Below are positions 51,539 to 64,000 of a DNA stretch of 64,000 nt, piece after piece (positions within the stretch are counted from its first letter, which is position 1; each line of letters opens with the position of its first letter). Made by a program: the position numbers and the translations under genes. The stretch is from Octopus bimaculoides (Eukaryota), in NCBI RefSeq assembly GCF_001194135.2, contig NC_068982.1, forward strand, positions 133,681,883-133,745,882, read 5' to 3'. Under the pieces are notes generated by a model, which was not told the DNA's origin, made no database searches, and saw nothing but the letters and a program-made list of their open reading frames with translations.

Positions 51539-53157
51539 TAATTAAAGCTAATAAAGCTTTATTACAGTATTGTGTTTTTCTTCAGTAAGTTTGTGTGTGC
51601 ATGTGGGTGAACTTTGCAACTCAGTGCCATGCATTTTAAGCTCCCCTAATTTTAATCTTTATTTTGTTGAAAAACATATACGCATGAATGTGTGGTTAAG
51701 AACCTTGTGCTGTAACCATGTAATTTTGGATTCAGCCCTACTGAACAGCACTTTGGCCAACCAGTACCTTGTGAGTGAATTTAGTAGACAGAAACTGTGT
51801 GGAAGCCTATTGTGTATATGTGTCTTGCCCTCCTTTGTTTTCCAACTGGGGTATCCATGTATCTACTCTACAGTAACATATATATCTCTATGCCTTTAAA
51901 TCTAACTGGTACAGTGCCAACACCCCGCTCAATATTATTCATCACTCCCAGTTGAGGGTTTTTTTATCTTGCAAAGTAGGTGGTGACCATGTTGGTGATA
52001 GTGCCATGCAAAAACCATCAGTGCCAGTGCCATGCAAAAAGCACTGGTGTCACATTAGAAGCCCCCAGTCCACTTTGTAAAGTGGTTGGCATTAGGAAGG
52101 GCATCCAGCTGTAGAGACCATGACAAAACAATGGGACCTGGTGTGGCTCCCTGCCCTAGCAGCTCTCATCAGACCATCCATCACATGCTAGCATGGAAAA
52201 AAGATGTTAACTGTTAATGTTAATCACACACACACACACACGTGTGTGTGTTTGTATCTGTTTTGCCCCCACCACCACACTGCTTGACAACAGGTATTAG
52301 TTTGTTTACATTCTTTTAACTTAGTTGGCAAAAAGACAGATAGAGTAAGTGTCAGACTTTTTGAAAAATGTATATAGTGGGGCAATTTGTTTGATTAAAA
52401 CCCTTCAAGGCAATGCAACGGTATGACCACAGTCCAATGGCTGCAACAAGTAAAAGATTATACATAGAGTTTTGTGGTAATTTACTCTATTTAGAGATTT
52501 TTATAGCATGATATTACTTTTGTCCGTCGAGTCTTCTGGTCTCTCAGTGCTATTCAAGATTGTGGTAAATATACCATACCATGATGCCTGATGTTTCATA
52601 ACTTGATTTTGGGGTCACCTCAGTCAGCTCTGTTTGATCCTCTACCTTTAAGCTATGATTTGGAGGTAAATGATGCATCAAAACAAGAATACAATCATTT
52701 GTGACAGTTCCAGTCATGACCTTCCTGTTTTCATTATAGAATGTGTTGCCCCAAGATTTAAAATTTAAACATGCGATTTCTCCTTCCTCTTCCTTTTCTC
52801 TCTCCCTCCCTCCTTTTTTAAGTTGATAGGGAGCTGTTCTATTATATTGAATAGATCAAAGAGGCTGTCATAATGATGATAGTAGGGAGATTGTCAAATG
52901 GAAATGTTGAAATTGTATTGAACAGGTCAAATAACAAAATAGATTTTATTGGTTTGTTTAATATGATAATCTTGTTTGTTTTTTAAGGTAATATTGAGAT
53001 AGGATTAGATTTAAATCCCGCTGGGCCCTCACTTTTTATTAACTCTTTTGTTTGCTTTACAACCTTAGCTAGCACACAAGTTGGCTCAAGAATAATCAGC
53101 TGAAATACTTGAGCCCTTGCTTAAGGTTTTTTCAGGTATGGGTGTGTGTATGCATGT

Positions 53158-53520
53158 GGAGGCACAATGGCCCAGTGGTTAGGGCAGCGGACTCGCGGTT
53201 TCGATTCCCAGACCGGGCGTTGGGAGTGTTTATTGATCGAAAACACCTAAAGTTCCACGAGGCTCCGGCAGGAGATGGTGGTGAACCCTGCTGTACTCTT
53301 TCACCACAACTTTCTCTCACTCTTACTTCTTGTTTCTGTTGTACCTGTATTTCAAAGGGCCAGCCTTGTCACACTGTGTCATGCTGAATATCCCCGAGAA
53401 CTACGTTAAGGGTACACGTGTCTGTGGAGTGCTCAGCTACATGCACGTTAATTTCACGAGCAGGCTGTTCCGTTGATCGGATCAACTGGAACCCTCGACG
53501 TCGTAAGCGATAGTGCCAAC
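53158..53520 (+). mobile_element. tRNA-headed SINE family C, CpG-rich (young) copy
   Basis: A box tggcccagtgg, B box gtttcgattcc; 3' body gtacctgtatttcaaagggccagccttgtcacac ... cacgttaatttcac shared with 35240-35510(+). Related heads at 19385-19620(-), 24757-25085(-) and 41575-41758(-). Confidence 0.8.
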
Positions 53521-56500
53521 AAAGAGTGTGTATGCATATAAGTGTTTGAATGCATCCTTATTTTCCCTTGTCTTCACAGGTTGTAAATGATGGCTGACAG
53601 TGTCAAATGGTGCTACTTTTGTCCAGGCTGTTGTCTGATAGATTGGAAAAAAATTATTATCTCACTAGGAAACAGGTTGGGGTTGGCTTCAGGAATGGCA
53701 TCCGGCCACAGAAAACTGTCCAGTGTCCTTTTGTCTCATTCATGCAGACATGGAAAAGTAGACATTATAATGCTGATGATGATAAGTGTGTGTGTGTGTG
53801 TGTAATTTGAAGGATCATTTTGATGATAAAAAGCAATCACTGGTTCTATTTCACTCTTTTATTATTAGTCAACTTGACATCCAATTAACTAATAATAATA
53901 ATAAAAAGAAATGAACTGGAACCAGTGGCTGTGTTTCTTCTTCACGAAATTTGCTGCTGGAGAAACTTCTAAATGTGTGCATGTATGTGTGTCTTGTCAG
54001 TACTGGTGTAACATAAAAAGCACCAAGTCCACTCTGTATAGTGGTTGGTATTAGGAAGGACATCCAACCATAAAAACTATGCCAAACAGACCTTGCTAGT
54101 GCTGGGGCCACATAAAATGCACCCACTCCACTCTGTATAGTGGTTGACATTAAGAAAGGCATCCAGCTGTAAAAACCATGTCAAAACAGATAGTAGAGCT
54201 TGATGCAGTCCTCTGGCTTGCTAGCTCCTGTCAAACCATCCAACCCATGCCAGCATAGAAGACTGATGTTAAATGATGATGATATATTTGTGCACACATC
54301 TGAGTTATTGGGACAGTATAAAATATTTTTTTTCATTGCACAATGAATAAACTAAGTCAGTTGGTTTATTCCATGTAAGGTCACTTATACTTCCTCTCTC
54401 CTTACAACTTCAGTTTTTGAGAACTCCCTATTCAAGTTTTCCCTATAGCCACCAGCTTTCAGCATGTGAAGCTGAATTATCATCATCATTGTTTCAACAT
54501 ACATTTTTCTTTGCTTGCATGGGTCAGGCAGAATTCAATGGGGTATATTTTCTACTGCTGGATTTCTTCCCTGTTGCAAACTACCACTTGTTTCTGAGTA
54601 AGGTAATATTTCCCCATAACTGGACATGTTTTCACAGAAGATTAGACAAATGATACTGCTTATATGACACTTGTTTACAACTATCACATGATGCCAAGAC
54701 ATGGGAACACACATATATACGTACGTGTGTGTGTGTGTGTGAAGGTGCATAGTTTAGCAGTTGGGGTGTTGCACACACAATTGCAAGAAAGTGGTTGTCA
54801 TTTCTGAATCAGCTGCTGTTGTGTTCTTCTTCAAAACATTTTACTTCATGTTGCTTTGCAATCTGATGTGTGGCACACTGTGCTTCTGTACAGGCAATGC
54901 CAGTTTGATGGAGGGTGTAAGTTAATGTACAACACAAACATTTAATTGCTATAAACAAATCATCTGTGCAGGTTGCTGAGCAAGAAATTGCAGAAATCAT
55001 TTGTCTATGACAGGAAAATCTACCATGCACACACACACACACACACATTTTTGTCTTGCAAATCCACTTGCTGGGCTTTGTTTGTCCTGGAACTAAACTG
55101 AAACTAAGTGATTGGGAAGTGAACTTCTAAACCCCACAACCATTCTTTGAAAAGGACTGTATAACTTATCAGCATTACGCATCCTTGAACAGAATAAAAG
55201 ACAGTATTAATCCTTTTATATTGGTTTCAAATTTTAGCACAGGGCCAGCAATTTTAGGGGTGGATTAAGTCAGTTAAATTGACCTCAGTATTCAACTGGT
55301 ACTTATTTTATTGACCCCAAAGGGATGAAAGGCTAGGTCAACCTCAGCATTTAGCCTGGCATGTTTTACCTAACAATTCTGCCATCTTGCCACTTTAGTC
55401 CTTTTATATTGAAAGAAAGATAAAGTCTGGTACTTATTCTGTTGGTCTCTTTTGCTGCCCTAAGTTGGGATCAGTGGTCAAGCAGTTTGGGTGCAAACAC
55501 TCACGTGTGTGTATATGTATATGATAATGGTGGTCACACACACACCTGCCAGATTCAGTGACAAGGCATTGGTCAGTGCCCAGGGCTATCGTAGATGATA
55601 CCCAAAGTGCTTCTTAACCACACAGCCATGCCTACACCATGTTTAATGAGGATTTTTTTTTATTGCAATGATCCTGAGAAATCAGTAATACATAGAAAAA
55701 TTATGTTGCTACAAATAGTATTTTATTTCTTCATTGATAAAAAATAGTGGGGAGGGCCAAATATTTGATAACGTTTCTGGAAAACAAAAAATAAGCTCTT
55801 CATGTGTTGTTTGATTAACCAAATGAAGGTTCCATTTCAGAAATATTTTTATTCTGTTTAAATAACCAGCATGCGGCTGGTGGCACCACAAAGTGAGGTA
55901 TCATTGCTCTATTAGATTATTTAACAGCATTCACTAAAGATCGGCCTTTATCAAAGTGATGCCAGGGGATCTTTTTGGTTTGAACTACCTCTTCGGATTT
56001 TATTGAAACCAATTTTTTGTGGGAGAAATCAATAATTAAAAGTTAACGAAAATTTAAAGATTTTAGTCAGTCAGATGCAACCAATCTCTGCATACCGGAA
56101 ATGAGACTTCCAGATGATAACGTGACCACGAACTGAAAAGATCCGGTTTGTGTCATTTGTAAACAATTTGTAAACTTTTATCAGTTATAAATGACAGCAA
56201 GGAATGGTAATGAGAGCAACGCAGACATTTTTAGTTAACCTCAGTTAATAAGCCCTCCCCTTAAAAAAAAGAAGATTGTCAAGTATGTCATGTCTTGCAA
56301 ATTATATTAAATAATAAATTATATATACATATGTATACATTGTCTATTTTATGACATCCATAAAATGGTATCCAACCATTTAACAGTATATTCTCCATGA
56401 GGAGTATGCCAACACTGCCGGACATGACGGAGGGGTACACTGGAAGGAAAAAGTTTGAGAGTTCCCTTTGTGGTCGCTCAACCTACTAAAAATAGCAGCC

Positions 56501-57924
56501 AAATTTCCCTAAAATTACGTTGAAAAGGATACGTTGAAGATTGTGGTTATGAGTTCCGTAGACGTAGGTGAAAAGACAGGTTGGTCATGTCTCGATTGCT
56601 TTTGATCTTAGCTTTGCTCAATCGGGATTAACTTGGAGCTATACAACAATTAGGGTGTGAAAATGGTGAAGTTTTTTTACTGTTATGTACACCTTTCATG
56701 GAGACTTGTAGACCTTTCGGTTTGTCTTTCATCTCAAAACACACAAAAATGTGACTTGATATATCATGTAGATCAGACGGACTTGTACATTTCCATCTTA
56801 CCAATTTCTCTCACATGGCTTGGTTTGAGTGTGTGTGGAGGGAGCATCTATAGATTTGAATCTCTTATAGAAATTAAGTTATTGAAGATTTCACGCAAAC
56901 ACACTTTCGCGGGCTCTTTTTCTTTCCTCTCTTTCTTTTTTATCTCTCTCTTTGTATTTCTCCCTCTCTGTCTTTCTGTATATCCTCTTTCTTTTCTTCA
57001 ACACACACTCCTCATCCTCCCTCTCTCTGTCCTATTTCCCTCTCTAACTCTTTTTTCTTTCTCCCCCCCTTTTCTTTTCTTCGTTCTTTCTTTTTCTATC
57101 GCTCTCCTTTATTTGTCACACATTCTTCAAACTGTTTGTAATTTATATAATCAATCTATTAACATTTGAAAGTAGAAGCTTGCCTATCTTTCAGTAATGA
57201 CTAACTTTAACTGCTAGTTTGTTTTTGCTCGTTGTTGTTGTTTCTCTGTCTCCAAGCGCTTGCTACCTTACAATTTGGTTATGTAGGTCAGCTATATTAA
57301 TCTTACTAGGCAACACACACTCACACACCACTGAGGTTGTTTGTAGATTGTTATTTAGGTCAGCTAGACCTATGCAATAACAACAGCGTCACTTCACCTA
57401 CTTGTATTTGTTTATCCGTTTCTGTTATGTAACCTATTTCTGCCCTCACCCCCTTCTCTCTCCCTCTCTCTTTTGTTTTCTGTAACTCTATTTTGTCCTG
57501 GTTGCAACTAAAGAAAATGATTATTGTTCATGTTATTACGGAAAGCAACGGAGTGACAAACAAAAATCTCGTCTGCGTACCCATTAGGTTCAAACGCACA
57601 TGGTGTATATATATATTCTTTTGGCCTTTCATAGAACTAAAGCTAATAAATATAAACCAAAATGTACGTTGAAATTAATTTAATGGGTTACTCCTCTCTT
57701 CCTACAAATTTATGGTATTGGGCCAACATCCTCTGGGGTTATAATAAATACAAATAGCTTTTCGGTACAGGGTTTGCTTGACTCGCCTAGTCTCTTCTCA
57801 AAGCTTTACCTCTGTGGCCTTAAGTCCATTACAAATTATTATTATTACAAAAACAGTGTTGTTGGATTCACCTTTCCCTTCCATCCTTTTGGAGTCAGAA
57901 AAGTTTTACTTTTTCTCGTTGCAG

Positions 57925-57939
57925 CATCGCAGTTCTCAG
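57925..57939 (+). CDS. 15-nt microexon (phase 1-1), (A)SQFS
   Basis: Acceptor ttttactttttctcgttgcag, exon CATCGCAGTTCTCAG, donor CAG|gtatga; keeps frame between the two flanking phase-1 exons. Confidence 0.6.
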
Positions 57940-58938
57940 GTATGACTCAATACAGTTTGCTTTTTACTCAGAGATCGAGAGAACACTTTTGTTTGAAACC
58001 AAGTTCGATTTTCAAGAGATTTATTTTTAAAAAATTCCCTTCTGACTCAAACCAGATCACTCACTTGTTTCCACATGATGCGGTAATTATGTCACTTAAC
58101 CAGCAGACCTTATCTGACACTTCCAGCAAACCATTTTTGGAAGCCTCTGTGTGTGTGTGTATGTATGTGTGCATACACATATAACCTTGAAGTTCATGGA
58201 AACTTGTGTTGTTAGGTTTTCCCATGTATGTGAAACTCTTAAAACTAATACATTAGCACAGCATGGAAATGGCAAAAAGAAAGAAGTGGAAAAGAAAAGA
58301 AAAATATATTGAATATGCTTAATATACTTAGTATGTTTAAAACATTTATAGTCTTTCTATTGAATCAAATATTTGTACTTTAGGTTCTTGGAAGTAATTT
58401 TGAACTATTTATTGAACTCGTTAATCAGTTGTAGATCTTGGGACTCATTATTTAGCATTTTTCAAAATCTACTCCAGAATTTCTTACACCTGCCACCGTG
58501 TGCCTCATTAAACTGAATTTCATAATTTTCATATTATGTTGGTGTCTTGAGTAATTGTTTAATGAATATCAGCTGACAATTTGTGTGTAGATTAACTGCA
58601 AACTAATAAGCATATTCTCCATAGTAGCTATAAGCTGGTGGGGGGGGGGGGGGGTGTCTTTTTTCTTTTTCGTTCTGTATCACAGCAATAGAGTTAAACA
58701 AGTTCTAATGAAGATCTTTAGCAAGTTCGAAACTTAAGTCTGTTCAGGCAATACCCATATTGTGCTGCAGAGATCAGGTGGCATATTCCATGAGCTTAAT
58801 TCCACATAGCTATTTTATAAATATTTGGATACATTTTTGGTATGCTGAATTTCTTCAGTAATTAACTCTAGGCTGACCATAGCTGTGTGAGTGGACTTGG
58901 TAGATGGAAGCTAAAAGGAGCTCAGTCACACCTATGTT

Positions 58939-58971
<33 letters not shown>

Positions 58972-59265
58972 CATCATATTGTTTTAATGTCCACTTTTCT
59001 ATGCTTCCATCATGTGTTTACAATCTTCTGTGATAACATACTCAACCGTTGCATTCTGCTGTTTGTATTCAAGGGACAAGGGAAAATATTACCTAGCTTA
59101 GAAATAAAGGTTGGCAACAGAGTGCACGTCTGGCTGTAGAAAGTCTGCTTCGATGAATTTCATCGGATGCTTGCAAGTATGAAGAAATAGACATCATGAC
59201 AATGATGAAGTAAAAAAGAACAATAAAGGCCAATTGTATGCCTGGTATAGTTCAGAAACTTAAGA

Positions 59266-59640
59266 CATACAAGTGTGGCTGTGTGGTAAGAAGCTTGCTT
59301 CCCAAGTACATGGTTATGGGTTCAGTTCCACTGCATGACCACGTTATTGCAAGTGTTTGCTACTGTGGCCTCAGGCTGACCAAAACCTTTCACTTTCTTT
59401 GGTAGAGAGAAACTGAAAGAAACTTGTATGTGCATGCATGTGTGTGTGTGTCTCTGTTTACTCCTCCCCCCACTGTCTGACAACTGGTGTTGGTGTGTTT
59501 ATGTCCCTGTAACTTTACAGTTCAGCAAAAGAGAATGATAAAATAAGTACTGGAGTCGATACGTTCAACTGAATATTCTTCGAGGTGATGCCTCAGCATG
59601 CTGACAGTCAAATGNNNNNNNNNNTAAATGATAAAAGATA
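59266..59640 (+). mobile_element. SINE family A
   Basis: gtggctgtgtggtaagaagcttgcttccc head, family body, tail with a small gap. Confidence 0.8.
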
Positions 59641-59814
59641 CAATCATTTATTAGTTTGTGCTGATTTATCAAAAGTAAAATTGAAAAACCAGAAAAATTC
59701 TCTTCCTACCTACCTGTTCCAAAATAAAGTTAGATTTAGAGATATAAAAGCCTTAAAATTATAAAATTGTATTCAGGGGGTTAAGTGGAAGATGTGTTAA
59801 AACAGTTTACATAG

Positions 59815-60170
59815 GTGCATGGGTTCAGTGCTACTGTGTGGCACCTTGGGCAAGTGTCTTCTACTGTAGCCTCGGGCTGACCAAAGCTTTGTGAGTGGAT
59901 TTGGTAGACAGAAACTGAAAGAAGCCTGTCGTGTATATATATATATATATACACACGACAGGCTGTGTATACGTGTTTCTCCCCACTACCATCGCTTGAC
60001 AACTGATGTTGGTGTGTTTACGTCCCCGTAACTTAGCAGTTTGGCAAAAGAGACCGATACAATAAGTACCAGGCTTACAAAGAATAAGTCCTGGGGGTCA
60101 GTGTGTTCAATTAAAATAGTGCTCCAGCATGGCCACAGTCAAATGACTGAAACAAATAAAAAAGAAAATG
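59815..60170 (+). mobile_element. SINE family A, well preserved body
   Basis: gtggcaccttgggcaagtgtcttctactgtagcctcgggctgaccaaagctttgtgagtggatttggtagacagaaactgaaagaagcc. Additional partial copies at about 8870(+), 11080(-), 13473(-), 22565(+), 26500(-), 30970(-), 34750(+), 51680(+), 52240(+) and 55420(-). Confidence 0.85.
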
Positions 60171-61532
60171 GTAAATGGAACAATTTCTTGAGAAATGTAC
60201 TAAATTTTACATGAAAAGCATATTTTTCCAGCTATATTTTAATTAGAACAAAAATTTAAAATATGACAATTTACGACATTGCCAATGAGTTTTCTTAAAC
60301 TGGTTTATGTTGGTCAGCTTAGTCATGTTACAAACAGTAATTAATAGAGGCATGTAAATATTCAAATTGTGGAGAGTAGGTGATGATGAAGGGGATGGAA
60401 GAAATCTATTAGAATTTAAATGGTGCTCTTTCCGGTCATAAATAATGTAGAAATTGAAGTTTTTATGGAAATAAATTATCAGTTTTTTTTGTCTTATTTT
60501 TTTTTTCTCAATACAATTTAAGATCTCTAAACTTTGTAGTAATGTGTGAAGGATTTTTACTATTGAGATTCAATTAGCTTTGTGTTCATATGGTAACCCA
60601 CCCATACACATATAATTGTTTTATCAGTGTAGTTAAAAAGTTCACTTCATAACTACATACTCCATCATACAGTAGCTTAGGCAAGTATTTTATACTACAT
60701 TGTTGACAATGTCTCATAACTGAAATGTTGAAATTTAGTTCATGGAAACTATACAGAAGCTTGCTGTGTGTGGTGGGGGGATGTATTGGCAAGGGATTGC
60801 TGATAGTGTGTCAACCAAAAATACATTTGGCAACCCCACTGGTGTTGGTGCTACATAAAAAAGCACCCAGTGCACTCTGTAAAGTGGTTGGCATTAAGAA
60901 AAGCATCCAGCTATAGAAACCATGCCAAAGCTGACAACAGAGCTTATTTTGGTTCTCTGGCTTGCCAACTCTTGTCATATCATCCAACCCATACCAGCAT
61001 AGAAGACAGATGATGATGATTATGATCAGTATGAGTTTGCATCCCTTAATGTTGAGGAGGACTTAGTTATACAGTAAATAGAAGTAGAAATCAGATAAAG
61101 TATTGTGGTCATTATAATCAACTAGACCCCTTGATGGCTGTTGCCCAAGCATAAAAGAATATTATTTAGGTGTGGCATAGTTTGAAGTATGAAAGAATTG
61201 CAGGAATCTGTGTTCTATGCTACGAGCTTTCAGTTCTCAGACACAGATCTTTGAACACTAAATATTGATTCTTTATAAAAGGCTCATAATTATTTACTTC
61301 ATTCACTTTGCCTAAAAAATAAGTACAACTTTCATGTGAAAGGGGAGCTGATGATATTGATAAGAATACTCAGCTCTGAAACACTTCATTCAAAAGTTTA
61401 TACATTATTTATCCTTTCAATCTGTATGATTCTTTCAATGCACAGAAATATTATGCTTTTTTTTTTGTCCAGTTTCATTGAAATGGAGTTGCTTACTCTA
61501 CTTGGCTTCCATTAACTATTTTAGATTGCTAA

Positions 61533-61975
61533 CCCTTTCTTTACCATATTTCTATTGAAGTACACTGTCTTTATTTCAATTAATTTTGAAAATAATGAAA
61601 AGCTTTGTGAAATAACTTTGTTGTTATTAAGATGATGCTTAAGATACAAATTAACATGAAATTTTAGTGTAAGTTTTCTAACTTAGATCATTTTAACCCT
61701 TTAGTGTTCAGGTTATTCTGTCAAATGTGATGCTTGTTTATTTATATTGTTTTGAATTAATCATGCATTATTTTGTAGTTTAGAGATTTCAGTGATGTGA
61801 TTGTTTAGTTGTAGAATGACATGGTAGGGCTGAGCTAAAAGGCCAGATCTGCTCAGTTTTAATATAAAACAGGTTAAATATTTTGGCCAGATATGGCCAG
61901 TTTGAATGCTAAAGGGTTAAACATGAAGTTTGTATCATAGAACTTGGAGTGGTCTTAGGGTTATTATCAAAAGGA
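61533..61975. mobile_element. piggyBac-type MITE family B, split by a family-A insertion
   Basis: Both halves align to the 980-1197 copy; interrupted at its internal TTAA. Confidence 0.8.
61697..61916. mobile_element. piggyBac-type MITE family A, full length (220 bp)
   Basis: TTAA|CCCTTTAGTGTTCA ... TGAATGCTAAAGGG|TTAA with TTAA duplicated. Confidence 0.85.
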
Positions 61976-63676
61976 TTAAGTTGATAGGTTATCAGACTGC
62001 CAGCTGCTATTTCTTAACCTAACACTTAAACTAGCGACCATGAATTTCCAAGTTGAACTAAGAGTAAATTGGTGCCACATAGATGGAACAACTCAGAACT
62101 CAAAGCCCTTCAATTATCTTGGAGTTTTTGATTCTATCTGTCTTGTGGATAGAACTTGGGAAATAATACTCTGGGCCAAGTTGCCTTGATTGAGATGCAC
62201 TATTTAAGCAAAATGTCTATTTGAAATATCAGTTTAGCAATAAGAAAGTCAGTTGTTATACTACATTCTTACAAAGTTTTGATTATTTTCACAATTAATT
62301 GAAATACAGAGACAGTATTTCATTAGAAATCCTATAATGAAAAGATTCAACTCTGGTAGACAGCCTCTGCTTTAGGGTTATTTGCTGGACTGTTTTTGGT
62401 GTTGAAGTTTCTGTGTTATCTGTTTATTTGAAGCAACATGAATCAAATAAAAATCAAATTAATAAGAAACTCAAACATTAGAGATTTAGAGAATTGTAAA
62501 TGGGTGTTGTATCATTTTGTTGTTCTTCTAAAGTCAGAGAAAACAACACTACAACTCTAACAGAATGTGACCTTTTGTGTATATTCTGTTGCCTTGAAGA
62601 GTTCAATAAGTATGGGAGCTAACTCTAAAGTATATAGTTTGATGGTGGTGGAAGGAGACTTTGTTGGAACCAGTTACTTGTTAGGCTGGAATGATTTGAG
62701 TTATTCCTAGTTGATGAATGAATTCTAACATCAAAACTGTTAAGGATGTTCACCACTTGACAACACTATTGTATAGTGTATAATATTGTTAGTGTATAAA
62801 AAAATTATAGGTTCTCTGTTGATCAAGGCTGACCATGCATTGGCAGATATCTACATGCTGGCCTTAGCAGAACTTGAAGAAGCTTAGAAGTTGCTTATGC
62901 ATGCAAGTTTCTGTTATGCATGCCACTGATATTTATCCAAGGGAAAGATCCTGAACTTCCACTGATGTGGCTTGACACTAGTGTCATTGCAGGCATTACT
63001 ACAAAGATACAAAGGGCTAGAACAGATACCACAATGCTTCTTACTCAACTCTTTATCAAGTCCCTTAATCCACTAGCTTAGATTGTTACAATTAGTGCAT
63101 TTTATCAACCCTGAAAGGCTGAATAGCAAAGTTGATCTCAGCAAGATTTCAAGTCAGAACCAGAGAGTTGGAACAAATACAGTGAAGTATTTTACATTTT
63201 ATCCAGCACTCCATCAACTCTGCCAATTTATTGTCTATAAAAAACAAGTAAAAAAAATGCATTTTTTAATGTCTGATTAAATGTCTTGACATCTAAGATG
63301 AATTAAGGTGGTGAAGTAGAAGAATCTCTAGGATGCCAGACAAAATGCTTTTCATCCTGCAGTGTCAATGAAAATAAGTACCAGTTGAACACTGGGGTTG
63401 AAAAATATCTACTTCCCCCAGCCCTCAGAATTGCTGGCTTTGTACCAAAATAAGGAAAGAGTATCTAAAATGAATTGTTGTCAATAAAATTTATAATTTT
63501 TCAACCTTTTATCAATATTTACTTCTGCACTACATTTCTGTTGGTTTGATCTCAGGACCAGCATAAGATGCTTTATTTGTAAATGTGTATTTACTACTAG
63601 ACTATTTTACTAAGCATCAATTAATTTTGTGCATTTGAATAATTTTTATAAGTTTCTTTATTTTTTATTTTTGCAG

Positions 63677-63739
63677 AGAGTCTAATTCGACACAGTAGCT
63701 GCGAGCAGCGAGAATTAATAGATGACCGAAAAATGTTAG
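63677..63739 (+). CDS. Internal coding exon (63 nt, phase 1-1); (E)SLIRHSSCEQRELIDDRKML
   Basis: Acceptor ttttttatttttgcag, donor TTAG|gtaagc, only one of three frames open, CpG-rich against flanks, similar to the exon at 45542. Confidence 0.8.
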
Positions 63740-64000
63740 GTAAGCAAATCTATTCATTACCACTCTTTTTACTATGCTCCTCCTTCTCTCCTCCTCCTCC
63801 TCCTCATCATCATCATCATCATCATCATCATTTACTGGATATTTTAAAGGAGAGAGAGAAAATGAATGAAATAAACTAAAAAAAAAAATCAATATTTTGA
63901 TTTCTTCTTACTTTTTTGTCTATGTCTTCAGTTTTAACAAGATGGCTTTCAATCTTTTTTTTACACATTTTCACCAACTTAAAGACCTATATTTGTTTAT

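Noticed and set aside
53158-53225. tRNA-like sequence with A and B boxes
   Set aside because: The anticodon arm is missing, no acceptor stem closes, and it continues into a SINE body.
53580-53650. Strong acceptors at 53579 and 58685
   Set aside because: Stops in all or the relevant frames and no good donor.
63665-63892. Minus ORF with an acidic run and a signal-peptide-like MNRFAYLTFFGHLLILAARS
   Set aside because: Antisense shadow of the + strand exon plus (CAT)n/(CCT)n repeats; splice signals support the + strand.

Overview
Eukaryotic, strongly AT-rich, microsatellite- and transposon-dense DNA from a short-read style assembly; the N gaps sit almost all at (TA)n/(CT)n tracts. A mitochondrial 16S rRNA insertion (NUMT) and the SINE repertoire point to a coleoid cephalopod, most likely an octopus (inferred, not database-checked). 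The window looks like mostly intron of one + strand gene. I can support three small symmetric phase-1 coding exons: 45542-45607, a 15-nt microexon at 57925-57939, and 63677-63739. They splice in frame to ...ESLNHQERNEPRENMLEDRKPF-ASQFS-ESLIRHSSCEQRELIDDRKML..., and the two larger exons are paralogous to each other. I do not recognise the gene. The rest is tRNA-headed SINEs, a (GAT)n-tailed RTE-related repeat, decayed CR1-like and RTE LINEs, a Penelope-like remnant with a broken hammerhead-like motif, piggyBac, hAT and Tc1/mariner elements (several nested), a NUMT inserted inside a LINE reverse transcriptase, and one decayed single-frame coding remnant of uncertain origin (29470-30144, -). Nearly all ORFs in the supplied track are spurious (microsatellites, N gaps, off-frame repeats). 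There is no prokaryotic system, CRISPR array or intact RNA gene. Family assignments come from remembered motifs and all need database confirmation; many repeat boundaries are approximate.
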